DNA of 50,145 bases from Polaromonas sp. Lineage in GTDB: Bacteria > Pseudomonadota > Gammaproteobacteria > Burkholderiales > Burkholderiaceae_C. Each line of letters opens with the position of its first letter. Positions within the stretch are counted from its first letter, which is position 1. Both the position numbers and the translations under genes were made by a program. The stretch lies in assembly GCA_043769005.1 (NCBI GenBank), contig JAYVJV010000050.1, positions 1-50,145 on the forward strand. The letters run 5' to 3'. Shown piece by piece: positions 1-9,515 of the stretch. Below the pieces are notes generated by a model. The model did not search any database, was not told the origin of the DNA, and worked only from the letters and a program-made list of their open reading frames with translations.

Positions 1-72
1 GCACTGATTGCCCAGTCACATCGCTTGTGCATAATGAAGCCATCTTGTTGACCCCCGCAACTGCTCCCAAAG

Positions 73-104
73 AAAAAGCCGCCTTGGTCACAAGGCGGCT
101 TTTT
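73..104 (+). terminator. Rho-independent-type hairpin, possibly bidirectional
   Basis: AGCCGCCTTG (77-86), loop GTCA, CAAGGCGGCT (91-100). An A-run lies upstream and TTTT (101-104) downstream. Confidence 0.6.
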
Positions 105-144
105 CACTTCTGGAACCTTTAACTTTAGAGAGTCTCAAAGCACT

Positions 145-1830
145 ATGCCCCTGCCCCCCGCTCCGACCAAACGTGCCGCCCTGCTCTCCACCGACGCCCT
201 CGACGCGCCAGCACGCTCACCGTCAAAGGCTCGAAAAACTGAAACCTCTGGACCAGCCTGGAAATCGCCCGTATTGGAACTGCTTGACAGCCGCGCCGCT
301 GGTGGCGAGCATCCAGTCGCTTTCAAAGGGGAACCGCTTTCAAGCCCAGACAGGACGGTCATTGAAAGCTATAAAAAAGAGAGCAACCTGTTGCTGCAGT
401 CGGTCGTCAAACCGAAAAAATCCAAGCTTGCCGGGCCTTCCAAGCTGTTCGTGCTTGACACCAATGTCTTGATGCACGATCCGATGTGCCTGTTCCGCTT
501 TGAAGAGCACGACATCTTTTTGCCGATGATTGTGCTGGAAGAGCTCGACGGCCACAAAAAAGGCATGACCGAAGTAGCCCGCAACGCCCGCCAGGTCAGC
601 CGCACGCTGGACGCGCTGGCGGGCGCGCCCGGGGCAGACATGTCCAAGGGCCTCAAACTGGACGGCACGGGCCACCGCAGCGCGGGAGGCAGGCTGTTCT
701 TTCAAACCCAGCCCCTGGCCTACACCCTGCCCGCCAGCCTGCCCCAGGGTAAGGCTGATAACCAGATTTTGGGGGTGGTCAGCGCATTGGGCGAGGCTAA
801 GAAGCCGCAGGAAGTGGTGCTGGTATCCAAAGACATCAACATGCGCGTCAAGGCGCGTGCGCTGGGCCTGCCCACCGACGATTACCAAAACGACAAGGTG
901 CTGGAAGACGGCGACCTGCTCTACAGCGGCGCACTCGCCCTGCCCGCAGACTTTTGGGACAAGCACGGCAAAAAGGTCGAGAGCTGGCAGCAAGGCCTGC
1001 ACACCTTCTACCGCGTCACTGGCCCCCTGGTGCCCAGCCTGCTCATCAACCAGTTTGTCTACTTTGAAGCCCCTGGCGAGCCCACGCTGTACGCCCGCGT
1101 GACCGAGATTCGCGACAAAACTGCTGTGCTCAAAACCCTGAAAGACTACGCCCACGCCAAAAACGCCGTCTGGGGCGTGTGCACCCGCAACCGCGAACAA
1201 ACCTTCGCCATGAACCTGCTGATGGACCCGGATGTCGACCTGGTCACCCTGGCAGGCACAGCCGGTACAGGCAAAACACTCATGGCTCTGGCCTCCGGCC
1301 TCACGCAAGTGCTGGACGACCGCCGCTACAGCGAAATCATCATGACCCGCGCCACCGTGAGCGTGGGCGAAGACATCGGCTTTCTGCCCGGCACCGAAGA
1401 AGAAAAAATGGGCCCCTGGATGGGCGCGCTGGACGACAACCTGGAGTTTTTGGTGAAAAACGACGGCAACAGCGGTGGCGCAGGCGAGTGGGGCCGCGCG
1501 GCCACCAACGAGCTGATCCGATCAAAAATCAAGATCAAGAGCATGAACTTCATGCGCGGCCGCACCTTCATGAACAAGTACGTCATCATCGACGAGGCGC
1601 AAAACCTCACGCCCAAGCAGATGAAAACCTTGATTACCCGCGCAGGCCCCGGCACCAAAATCATCTGCATGGGCAACCTGGCGCAGATTGACACGCCCTA
1701 CCTGACCGAAGGCTCGTCCGGCATGACCTTTGCAGTCGACCGCTTCAAAGGCTGGCCGCATGGTGGGCATATCACCCTGGCCCGTGGCGAGCGCTCGCGG
1801 CTGGCGGATTTTGCGAGTGAAGTGCTATAA
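145..1830 (+). CDS. PhoH2-type protein: N-terminal PIN domain fused to a PhoH-like ATPase
   Basis: 561-aa ORF. PIN-like FVLDTNVLMHDP...LPMIVLEELD. PhoH Walker A GTAGTGKT and Walker B VIIDEAQN. The first ~100 aa are low-complexity, so the start is uncertain. Confidence 0.85.
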   Translation: MPLPPAPTKRAALLSTDALDAPARSPSKARKTETSGPAWKSPVLELLDSRAAGGEHPVAFKGEPLSSPDRTVIESYKKESNLLLQSVVKPKKSKLAGPSKLFVLDTNVLMHDPMCLFRFEEHDIFLPMIVLEELDGHKKGMTEVARNARQVSRTLDALAGAPGADMSKGLKLDGTGHRSAGGRLFFQTQPLAYTLPASLPQGKADNQILGVVSALGEAKKPQEVVLVSKDINMRVKARALGLPTDDYQNDKVLEDGDLLYSGALALPADFWDKHGKKVESWQQGLHTFYRVTGPLVPSLLINQFVYFEAPGEPTLYARVTEIRDKTAVLKTLKDYAHAKNAVWGVCTRNREQTFAMNLLMDPDVDLVTLAGTAGTGKTLMALASGLTQVLDDRRYSEIIMTRATVSVGEDIGFLPGTEEEKMGPWMGALDDNLEFLVKNDGNSGGAGEWGRAATNELIRSKIKIKSMNFMRGRTFMNKYVIIDEAQNLTPKQMKTLITRAGPGTKIICMGNLAQIDTPYLTEGSSGMTFAVDRFKGWPHGGHITLARGERSRLADFASEVL

Positions 1831-1956
1831 CAGTCTATCTTGAATGCGGGTGGGTCAATCACCAGCAGGCTGTGCCAAGCCGCAAGGGCATATCAAAGTC
1901 TATTTGTAGATCGCTACATGCGGCATAACACCAGGCATGCGAACGCAGCTAACAGG

Positions 1957-1989
1957 CTTCAAGCTTGGAACGGCCACCCAAGCTTGAAG
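1957..1989. promoter_or_regulatory. Perfect 12-bp inverted repeat 20 bp upstream of the ravA-like start
   Basis: CTTCAAGCTTGG (1957-1968), 9-nt loop, CCAAGCTTGAAG (1978-1989). No T-run follows. Could be an operator or an RNA hairpin. Confidence 0.4.
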
Positions 1990-2008
1990 TTACGTCAAAA
2001 TACAACGC

Positions 2009-3370
2009 ATGAACCCCCAACTCCTGCGTGACACCCTGGCCGATCTGGACCAGCATTTGCTTGAACGTGATGTGCCCGTGCGCCTGCTACTTTTGGGCGC
2101 ACTGGCCGGTGAGCATGTGCTGCTGGTGGGGCCTCCTGGTACGGCCAAGAGTGAGCTGGCTCGGCGCTTGCACCGGGTATTTACCGGAGCGAAGTATTTT
2201 GAGCGTCTGCTAACCCGCTTTTCGGTTCCCGAGGAGTTGTTTGGCCCACTCTCACTCAGTGCGCTCGAAGCAGACCGTTACGAACGCTTGACCGAGGGCT
2301 TTTTGCCTTGCGCACAAGTGGCGTTTTTGGACGAAGTGTTTAAAGCCAACTCGGCCATCTTGAACACACTGCTCACACTTTTAAATGAGCGCGAGTTTGA
2401 CAACGGCAATGGGCGGGTTAAGGTGCCCCTTATCAGCGTAGTGGCTGCCAGTAACGAAGTGCCTGAGGACGAGGCCTTACGCGCCTTTTACGACCGCTTT
2501 TTGCTGCGTGCGCCTCTCAGCCCCGTCAGCGAAGCCAGCTTCACCGCCCTGCTGGCCTTGCCTGCGCAGATGCCTGCTGTGCCTGCGCGCATCTCGGCAA
2601 CCGAGCGCGAACACTTGCAGCAGCAGGCCCCCAACGTGCTGCTGCCCGAAGCCGTGACCACTCTGCTGGTGCGAGCCCGTGCCTGGTGCTCCGCACAGAG
2701 TGTTGTGGTGTCTGACAGGCGCTGGCGCAAGCTGGTGGCCCTGCTCAAGGTGCAGGCCGCAAGCCGCGCTGCGCGGGCTGTGGATGCCTGGGACTTGTGG
2801 CTGCTACCCTTTGCACTGGCCGACAAACCAGAGCTGGGAGAACTTCTGGTGCAATGGTTTATGCACACCGTAGCGCAGGCACTGCCGCTAGATGCGCAGT
2901 GGCTGACTCGCGCAGTAGAGGCTTTTGAAAAGCAACTGGAGATTGAGCAGCGTATGCCATCCACCGACGATGAAGGCGCGGGCAAGCTGGCATTGGCACG
3001 CGCCATTGCCGGCGAGCGGGCTGACAGCGAGGACAGCATGCTGCGCATCGTCTCAGAGCGCACCAAACGCCGCTACAGCCAAGTGCATGTGGATGCCCGG
3101 CTGTCACAGGTGGCAGAGGCACTGGAGTGTGCACAGGCCACGCTAGCGGCAGTGCAGGCCGCTCAGCACACCGCGCTGGCCCATGGGCGAGCGCACCTGT
3201 GGCTGCCGCCCAGTTGGCTCGCGCGTATAGCCGCCGTACACCATGCCAACTACTTGCTGGCAACTCAATTGCACCAACGCTTGCTCGATATACAGCAAGG
3301 CTTTGCCGCCTTGCCAATAGAGCCCAGTGCCAGCGCAGAGTTGCCCGAGCCAATCGCTTTGGCCGCCTGA
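2009..3370 (+). CDS. ravA: RavA-like MoxR-family AAA+ ATPase
   Basis: Walker A GPPGTAKS and Walker B FLDEVFKA. TRFSVPEELFGPLS, ILNTLLTLLNEREF and VSDRRWRK closely track motifs I recall from E. coli RavA. The C-terminal half is divergent. Confidence 0.8.
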   Translation: MNPQLLRDTLADLDQHLLERDVPVRLLLLGALAGEHVLLVGPPGTAKSELARRLHRVFTGAKYFERLLTRFSVPEELFGPLSLSALEADRYERLTEGFLPCAQVAFLDEVFKANSAILNTLLTLLNEREFDNGNGRVKVPLISVVAASNEVPEDEALRAFYDRFLLRAPLSPVSEASFTALLALPAQMPAVPARISATEREHLQQQAPNVLLPEAVTTLLVRARAWCSAQSVVVSDRRWRKLVALLKVQAASRAARAVDAWDLWLLPFALADKPELGELLVQWFMHTVAQALPLDAQWLTRAVEAFEKQLEIEQRMPSTDDEGAGKLALARAIAGERADSEDSMLRIVSERTKRRYSQVHVDARLSQVAEALECAQATLAAVQAAQHTALAHGRAHLWLPPSWLARIAAVHHANYLLATQLHQRLLDIQQGFAALPIEPSASAELPEPIALAA

Positions 3371-3373
3371 GTT

Positions 3374-4993
3374 ATGTTGGCCGTGCCAGCCACGCCACAG
3401 GCCAGCCTGCTGTCCACCCCGGTGCAGCAGGCCAACGCGCCCTACCACCTGCTCGCAGACATGCAGCGCGCGCTGTGGCTGCCTGCCCTGGTGTGCAGCA
3501 GCGGCAACACAGCCCAGCGCCTGCGTGACCTGCCGCACTGGGAAGCGGCCTTGCTCGTCGGGCAGTTGCCAGACCGCTTACACGACTTTGGCGACGGTGC
3601 AGCTTGTCAAGCACTGCGGTCCGTCATCGCCGACATCGGTCTTTGCGAGCTGGCACAGGGTAGCCAAGCCATGGTTCAGCAAGTGCTGCGCACCTTGCTA
3701 TGGCACTTGGATCGCTTGATAGACCGCACGGTCGATGAGCCACGCGCAAAGGCCATCGAGCGCATGGTGGCAGACTTTAAAGCCGCCTGGAGCCTGGAGC
3801 GCCAAGGCTGGGAGGAAGTGCTGGCCCTGTTTAAGACTCTCGGTGAGCTGCCCAACCAGCGCTGGGATGAACTGCAAGGCCGCCTGAACAGCCGCGCTTG
3901 GGCCGAGGCCAAGCGTATTGGTGAGCTGCTAACGCATCTGAAAGAATTAAGCAGCTTCATCGAGCGCCTGGGCCGCACCAGCCGCCTTGACGATATGCCG
4001 CTCAGCGCCCAACCCCTGGCCAATGCGCAGGCACAGCGCCAGCTTGTCGCGGTACAGATCAGCACAACACTGAGCGATCAACCTGGCGAGGTGCAAGGCA
4101 TCAAACATTCAGCCGACCTGGCCCGCATGCTGGCCAGCGAGGCCATCATGGTGCGCCATCCACAGCTTCGCCGCCTTTGGCAGGCGCGCTTTGCGGAAGC
4201 GCAACTGCTCACCTACGAAAGCCAGGCTGTACTGACACAATTCCACCTGCAACCCGATGTTCAACGCCATAACGCCGCCACTGCGCAGCCTGCCCCGCTA
4301 GGCATGGGCCCCATCATCGTCTGCCTGGATACCTCGGGCTCAATGTGCGGCGCGCCCGAGAACGTAGCCAAGGCCTGTGTACTGCAGGCCCTGCGCATTG
4401 CAATGGCAGGAAAGCGAGCATGCCAACTACTGGCCTTTGGCGGTACGGGCGAGCTGTTGGAACAGACACTGAGCTTGACCCCCAGCGGCCTGAACCATTT
4501 GCTGGACGTGATGGGCCAAAGCTTTGACGGTGGCACCGATGTACAAACCCCGCTGGAGCGCTCCATAGAACTGGTGCAATTGCAGGCGATGGCCTCGGCC
4601 GATATCTTGATCGTCAGTGATGGTGAGTTTGGCGTTACCCCTGCCACGCTAGCGCTGCTGCAAGATTGCAAAACCCGGCTGGGTCTGCGAGTGCATAGTA
4701 TTTTGATTGGCGACCGCGAAACCATGGGCCTGCGCGAGGTCAGCGATCATATCCACTGGGTACGCGCCTGGCGGCGTTACTCTACCCACGCAGTCGATGC
4801 CTACGGTGACGGTTTTTCGCCCGTGCACAGCCGTAGCCTAACGGCAGAGTATTTTCCCAACGCCATGCGACGCGCGCCCGGCGATGACCCTGGCAGCACC
4901 GAAACTTCAAACTTCCTTACGCCAAGCGGGCACTTGGTAGCACCCGGACGTGCTACGCAAAAACCGGGGATTGACCCCATAAATCATGCGTGA
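3374..4993 (+). CDS. viaA: ViaA-like VWA-domain protein, partner of RavA
   Basis: Starts 4 nt after the ravA stop. C-terminal VWA with MIDAS-type CLDTSGSM, FDGGTD and ILIVSDGEF. About 60 extra aa follow the ViaA-like HIHWVRAWRRY end, and the last codons and stop lie in repeat A1. Confidence 0.8.
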   Translation: MLAVPATPQASLLSTPVQQANAPYHLLADMQRALWLPALVCSSGNTAQRLRDLPHWEAALLVGQLPDRLHDFGDGAACQALRSVIADIGLCELAQGSQAMVQQVLRTLLWHLDRLIDRTVDEPRAKAIERMVADFKAAWSLERQGWEEVLALFKTLGELPNQRWDELQGRLNSRAWAEAKRIGELLTHLKELSSFIERLGRTSRLDDMPLSAQPLANAQAQRQLVAVQISTTLSDQPGEVQGIKHSADLARMLASEAIMVRHPQLRRLWQARFAEAQLLTYESQAVLTQFHLQPDVQRHNAATAQPAPLGMGPIIVCLDTSGSMCGAPENVAKACVLQALRIAMAGKRACQLLAFGGTGELLEQTLSLTPSGLNHLLDVMGQSFDGGTDVQTPLERSIELVQLQAMASADILIVSDGEFGVTPATLALLQDCKTRLGLRVHSILIGDRETMGLREVSDHIHWVRAWRRYSTHAVDAYGDGFSPVHSRSLTAEYFPNAMRRAPGDDPGSTETSNFLTPSGHLVAPGRATQKPGIDPINHA

Positions 4994-5014
4994 GCAGCTA
5001 CTAAAATAATAGCT
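4965..5014 (-). repeat. Family A short dispersed repeat, copy A1 (reverse orientation)
   Basis: The reverse complement reads GCTATTATTTTAGTAGCTGCTCACGCATGATTTATGGGGTCAATCCCC and aligns with the other copies. Confidence 0.65.
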
Positions 5015-5015
5015 G

Positions 5016-5657
5016 TTAACGATGCAGTGTGACACCTGTTTTGGCCTGTAGGTCGGCCATTGTCACGCCCGGTGCCAGCTCAATCACCTTCAAACCCTGC
5101 TCGGTCACGTCCATCACGGCCAGGTCGGTGATGATGCGATCGACCACGCCGACGCCTGTGAGAGGCAGTGTGCATTGCGGCAAAATCTTCATGTCTTCGC
5201 TGCCGTCTTTCTTTTTGGCGACATGCTCCATGAGCACGATGACGCGCTTGACACCCGCTACCAAATCCATCGCGCCGCCCATGCCTTTGACCATTTTTCC
5301 GGGGATCATCCAGTTGGCCAGGTCGCCTTTTTCGCTGACCTGCATGGCACCCAAAATGCTCAGGTTGATCTTGCCGCCGCGAATCATTGCAAAGCTGTCA
5401 TGGCTGCCAAAGATGCTGCTGCCTTTGATGGTGGTTACCGTCTGCTTGCCTGCGTTAATCAGGTCGGCATCTACTGCGTCGTCGGTGGGGAAAGGGCCAA
5501 TGCCGAGCATGCCGTTTTCGGACTGCAGCCACACTTCTTTGTCTGCGGGGACAAAGTTGGCTACCAGGGTGGGGATGCCGATGCCCAGGTTGACGTAGAA
5601 ACCGTCTTCGAGTTCACGGGCCGCGCGGGCGGCCATTTGGTCTTGACTCCAGCTCAT
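5016..5657 (-). CDS. scoB: 3-oxoacid CoA-transferase subunit B
   Basis: 213 aa. [30 protein letters not shown]...SENG is typical of subunit B. Confidence 0.9.
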   Translation of the reverse strand: MSWSQDQMAARAARELEDGFYVNLGIGIPTLVANFVPADKEVWLQSENGMLGIGPFPTDDAVDADLINAGKQTVTTIKGSSIFGSHDSFAMIRGGKINLSILGAMQVSEKGDLANWMIPGKMVKGMGGAMDLVAGVKRVIVLMEHVAKKKDGSEDMKILPQCTLPLTGVGVVDRIITDLAVMDVTEQGLKVIELAPGVTMADLQAKTGVTLHR

Positions 5658-5733
5658 ATCAAATTCCTTTTTTAGTCAGTTGAGGACAGAGCAACAGGGC
5701 ACTGCGTACGGTCCGTTGGGCTGTCCCGCAAAG

Positions 5734-6435
5734 TTATTTTGCTTCGGTAATAGTTCGTTTTTCGATGCGTTTTTCGGGCATGGCGTTGAGCACGATGCGG
5801 TGCACATAGATGCCTGCCAGATGAATATCGTCGGGTAGCAGCTCGCCTACTTCAACGATTTTTTCTACTTCCACAATGCAGACCTTGCCTGCCATGGCCA
5901 CGGCCGGATTGAAGTTGCGGGCCGTCAGGTTAAAGCGCAGGTTGCCGCTTTTGTCGGCGATGGCGGCTTTGACAAACGACACGTCGGGAAGCAAGGCTCG
6001 CTCCATCACATAGGTCTCGCCATCAAACTCACGCAGCTCTTTGCCCTCGGCCACCATGGTGCCTACGCCGGTTTTGGTAAAAAACGCAGGAATGCCTGCA
6101 CCGCCCGCGCGCAGCTTCTCGGCCAGCGTACCCTGCGGGGTAAATTCCAGCTCCAGCTCTTTGGCCAGGTACTGGCGTTCAAACTCTTTGTTCTCACCCA
6201 CATAGGACGAGATCATTTTTTTAATCTGACGGGTTTGCAGCAGCTTGCCCAGGCCAAAGTCGTCCACCCCGGCGTTGTTGGAAATAGCCGTGAGGTTTTG
6301 CACCCCACTGTCTTTGATGGCATCTATCAAGGCCTCGGGGATGCCGCACAGGCCAAACCCGCCCACCGCAATGAGCTGGCCGTCTTTGAGCACGCCTTTA
6401 ATTGCCGAGGCCGCACTGGGATGTATCTTGTTCAC
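5734..6435 (-). CDS. scoA: 3-oxoacid CoA-transferase subunit A
   Basis: Family-typical N-terminus NKIHPSAASAIKG...GGFGLCGIPE. I prefer the GTG at 6435 because GGAGA lies 7 nt upstream. The ORF track's TTG start at 6462 has no Shine-Dalgarno sequence. Confidence 0.85.
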   Translation of the reverse strand: MNKIHPSAASAIKGVLKDGQLIAVGGFGLCGIPEALIDAIKDSGVQNLTAISNNAGVDDFGLGKLLQTRQIKKMISSYVGENKEFERQYLAKELELEFTPQGTLAEKLRAGGAGIPAFFTKTGVGTMVAEGKELREFDGETYVMERALLPDVSFVKAAIADKSGNLRFNLTARNFNPAVAMAGKVCIVEVEKIVEVGELLPDDIHLAGIYVHRIVLNAMPEKRIEKRTITEAK

Positions 6436-6563
6436 TTCATAATCTCCATGGTTCAATAGCAAGCGCCATTCTACTGACTCAGCTTCTGACTGAAATGGAC
6501 TGAGTGTGCGAATTTTTTATCACCCCTGTTTTGACACCCACTAAGGTTCGGAGATTTTGTTGT

Positions 6564-7226
6564 ATGCCCTGGATTGCTCGTGCTCGCTGGTTTGTGCTCT
6601 TGCTGGGCCTGCCCTTGCTGCTGGTCATCGCATGGGATAGCAGCCCCGCTGATCTGCGGGCAGCTCAGTGGTACGGTACGTCCCAGGGTTTTGCGCTGGA
6701 ACATAACTACTGGCTGTCGCACATTTTGCACACCCGTATACGCCAAACCGGGGTGTTGCTAGGTTTGGCCTGTATTGCGCTCATTTGGTGGCCCCTGGGG
6801 CCATTGCGCCGCACCACGCGGCGTGAACGGGTTTGGCTGGCCTGTATGGTGTGGCTGTGCGCGGCGGGCATTGCAGTACTCAAGTCTTTCAGTCACACCA
6901 GTTGCCCTAACGATCTACAAGTCTTTGGCGGATTGGCGCGCTATGTCTGGCACTTTAGCCTGGCCAGCGATGACGGCCCGGGGCGCTGCTTTCCCTCGGG
7001 CCATTCGTCCACATTTTTCAGTTTTTTACCCGTCTTTTGGCTGCTGCGCCGCTACCAGCCACAGGGGGCATGGTGGTTTTTGGCAGCGCTGTGCCTACTG
7101 GGTCTGTCCCTGTCCTGGGTACAGGTGATGCGCGGCGCGCACTACCCCAGCCACATTCTTTGGACCGCTTGGCTGTGTTGGACTGCCAGCACGCTGGCAG
7201 CCCCCCTGGCTGGGCCAGCCCGGTAA
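6564..7226 (+). CDS. PAP2-family membrane phosphatase
   Basis: Multi-pass membrane protein with PAP2 motifs FPSGHSS and RGAHYPSH. Start is either ATG 6564 (GGAG upstream) or 6504. Confidence 0.7.
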   Translation: MPWIARARWFVLLLGLPLLLVIAWDSSPADLRAAQWYGTSQGFALEHNYWLSHILHTRIRQTGVLLGLACIALIWWPLGPLRRTTRRERVWLACMVWLCAAGIAVLKSFSHTSCPNDLQVFGGLARYVWHFSLASDDGPGRCFPSGHSSTFFSFLPVFWLLRRYQPQGAWWFLAALCLLGLSLSWVQVMRGAHYPSHILWTAWLCWTASTLAAPLAGPAR

Positions 7227-7230
7227 ACCC

Positions 7231-7599
7231 TTATGCGTCCACCACCTCTGAGGCGGTGCGAAATGCGTCCACCGCCGCTGGAAAACCACAGTACACACTG
7301 GCATGCATAAAGATCTCTTGCAGCTCTTCTTTGGTCACGCCATTGTTCAACGCACCACGCACATGGATTTTCAGCTCATGCATGCGACCCAAGGCTACTA
7401 ACATAGAAACTGTAACGATGCTGCGGGTTTTCAGGCTGATGCCATCCCTTTGCCAAGTGTTACCCCAAGCATGGTTAATCACCAGATCTTGCAACGGACG
7501 GGTGAAATCGGTGGATTTTTTCATCGCAGCTTGCACATAGTCTGCACCCAACACGGCAGTGCGAGTGGCCAAACCCTTGTCATACACGGAATTACTCAT
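7231..7599 (-). CDS. Carboxymuconolactone decarboxylase (CMD/AhpD-like) family protein
   Basis: Typical gamma-CMD sequence WGNTWQRDGISLKTRSIVTV...HVRGALNNGVTKEELQEIFMH. ATG 7599 is preceded by AAGGAG. Confidence 0.8.
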   Translation of the reverse strand: MSNSVYDKGLATRTAVLGADYVQAAMKKSTDFTRPLQDLVINHAWGNTWQRDGISLKTRSIVTVSMLVALGRMHELKIHVRGALNNGVTKEELQEIFMHASVYCGFPAAVDAFRTASEVVDA

Positions 7600-7671
7600 C
7601 AAATTGCTCCTTGAAAGCACTGTGAAAACAGGGATCATCGCACGCAAACGTCATTTAGGTAAAATACATGG

Positions 7672-8532
7672 GTGCAAGCCTCCTCTATTTTGAACGCCGA
7701 CCTCCACTGCCACAGCGTAGTGTCTGACGGCACCCTGACCCCTGAAGCCCTCGCTGAACGCGCAAAAAAAAATGGCGTAGAGCTATGGGCACTGACCGAC
7801 CATGACGAGATCAGCGGCCAACACCGGGCCGCTGCAGCCGCCAAAGCGCAGAGTATGCACTATGTGACGGGCACCGAAATATCGGTCACTTTTGCCAATG
7901 AAACGGTGCATATCGTCGGCCTGGGCTTTGACCCCGCTAGCAGCTCCATGCAAGCGGGCCTGCTGGCCACACGCGGCGGGCGCAGCGAACGGGCGCAGGA
8001 GATGTCGGCGCAACTCGCCAAGGTAGGTATTTACGGTGCCTATGAGGGGGCACTGAAATACGTGGGCAACCCCGAGCTGATCTCACGCACCCATTTCGCC
8101 CGCCACCTGGTAGAAAGCGGCGTTTGCCAAGAGACGCATGAGGTGTTTCGCAAATACCTTACCGAAGGCAACCCAGGCTATGTGCCGCACCGCTGGGCCA
8201 GCCTGCGCGATGCTGTGCACTGGATTACTGACGCGGGCGGCGTGGCCGTGATCGCTCACCCGGGGCGCTACAAATTTACGCCCACCGAAGAGTACGCACT
8301 GTTTACCGAGTTCAAAGCCCACGGCGGCCGCGCCACCGAGGTGGTGACGGGCAGCCACACGGCGGCTGAGTTTGTGAAATACGCCGAAACCGCCAAAGAA
8401 TTTAACCTGGCTGCTTCGCGCGGCAGCGACTTTCATTGCCCGGTAGAAAGCCGCACCGACTTGGGCACCCTGCCCTTTTTGCCCGGCATGCTAACCCCAG
8501 TGTGGGATTTGCTGCACGACCGCATTCAGTAA
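7672..8532 (+). CDS. PHP-domain phosphoesterase (TrpH/YciV-like)
   Basis: N-terminal DLHCHSVVSDG, HPGRY and GSDFH metal-ligand motifs. GTG start, which is uncertain. Confidence 0.8.
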   Translation: MQASSILNADLHCHSVVSDGTLTPEALAERAKKNGVELWALTDHDEISGQHRAAAAAKAQSMHYVTGTEISVTFANETVHIVGLGFDPASSSMQAGLLATRGGRSERAQEMSAQLAKVGIYGAYEGALKYVGNPELISRTHFARHLVESGVCQETHEVFRKYLTEGNPGYVPHRWASLRDAVHWITDAGGVAVIAHPGRYKFTPTEEYALFTEFKAHGGRATEVVTGSHTAAEFVKYAETAKEFNLAASRGSDFHCPVESRTDLGTLPFLPGMLTPVWDLLHDRIQ

Positions 8533-8560
8533 TGCCCCACTGTACTTTTCTGCTCGCTTG

Positions 8561-9511
8561 ATGCACAGCCGCCACTTTCTTGCGGGCATCGCCCTGGCCA
8601 TTGCCTCCTCGGCCTGTTTTGCGGTACTGGACACCACCGTACAGTACCTCAGCGCCTTTGTGCCCCTGCTGATGGCGCTGTGGCTACGCTACACCTTTCA
8701 GGCCACGGCGGCTGCGGCCTGGCTGCTGCCCACGCGCGGCCTGCGCATGTTGCACACCGAGCATCCCAAATTTCAAATCTCACGCGGCTTGTTGCTGCTG
8801 GTCAGCACCGGCCTGGCCTTTGCCAGCCTCAAGGTCATGCCGGTCAGCGAATTTACCGCGATAGTGATGATCACGCCTCTGGTCATCACGTTGATTTCAG
8901 CCGCGTTTTTTAAGCAGCATGTCGGTGTCCTGCGTTGGCTGCTCATCGTCGGGGGCTTTGTGGGCACCCTTATCATCATCCGCCCCAACCACCAGGGCTT
9001 TCAGGCCGCTTGGTTGTTGCCGTTGGGTTGTGTGGCTTCCAACACCGCGTTTCAGCTGCTCACCAGCAAGATGATGCGCACCGAAGACCCTCTAACCACC
9101 CAGTTTTACACCGGGGTAGTGGGCATGCTGATCGCCAGCCTGGCCATGCCTTTTGTGTTTGTCTGGCTAGACAACCCCAAGCTGTGGGCGTTGCTGCTCC
9201 TGATGGGTGTGGCCTCGTCGGCTGGACATTTCATGCTCATCAAGGCCTACCAAAAGGCCGCTACCGCTACCCTCATGCCCTATTTGTACGCGCAAATCGC
9301 TTTCGCCCTGCTGGGTGGTTGGCTGGTGTTTCGCTATGTGCCCGACGGCTGGTCCATGCTTGGCATGGCCTTGATTGGTGCCTGCGGCGCGCTCAGCGCC
9401 TGGTTGACGGTGCTTGAGAGCAAGACCAGCCCACATCCGTCCGACGCATCGCCCCACACACCAGCCCTCGCTGCGTCACCAGCGCCAGCAGCGGCGCAGC
9501 AGACCCGGTAG
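8561..9511 (+). CDS. EamA/DMT-family transporter
   Basis: About 10 predicted TM helices with a two-EamA-repeat architecture. Pro/Ala-rich C-terminal tail. Confidence 0.75.
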   Translation: MHSRHFLAGIALAIASSACFAVLDTTVQYLSAFVPLLMALWLRYTFQATAAAAWLLPTRGLRMLHTEHPKFQISRGLLLLVSTGLAFASLKVMPVSEFTAIVMITPLVITLISAAFFKQHVGVLRWLLIVGGFVGTLIIIRPNHQGFQAAWLLPLGCVASNTAFQLLTSKMMRTEDPLTTQFYTGVVGMLIASLAMPFVFVWLDNPKLWALLLLMGVASSAGHFMLIKAYQKAATATLMPYLYAQIAFALLGGWLVFRYVPDGWSMLGMALIGACGALSAWLTVLESKTSPHPSDASPHTPALAASPAPAAAQQTR

Positions 9512-9515
9512 GGCC

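Noticed and set aside
1-60. Possible 3' end of an upstream gene before the terminator at 73-104.
   Set aside because: It is too short to assign a frame. One frame stops at 49-51, but there is no recognisable protein signature.
3003-3019. Sigma-54-like TGGCACGCGCCATTGCC.
   Set aside because: The spacing between the GG and GC elements is off by one relative to TGGCACG-N4-TTGC, and the site is inside the ravA-like CDS with no downstream gene start.
3925-3965. Possible extra degenerate family A copies:
- ATTGGTGAGCTGCTAACGCATCTGAAAGAATTAAGCAGC in viaA.
- 38449-38490 and 38515-38535, downstream of the BioC-like gene.
- 40417-40450, upstream of rpsT.
- 41110-41190, in the FHA gene.
   Set aside because: Only the 10-14 nt core, or scattered matches, can be seen by eye. 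These are too diverged to call without a statistical alignment.
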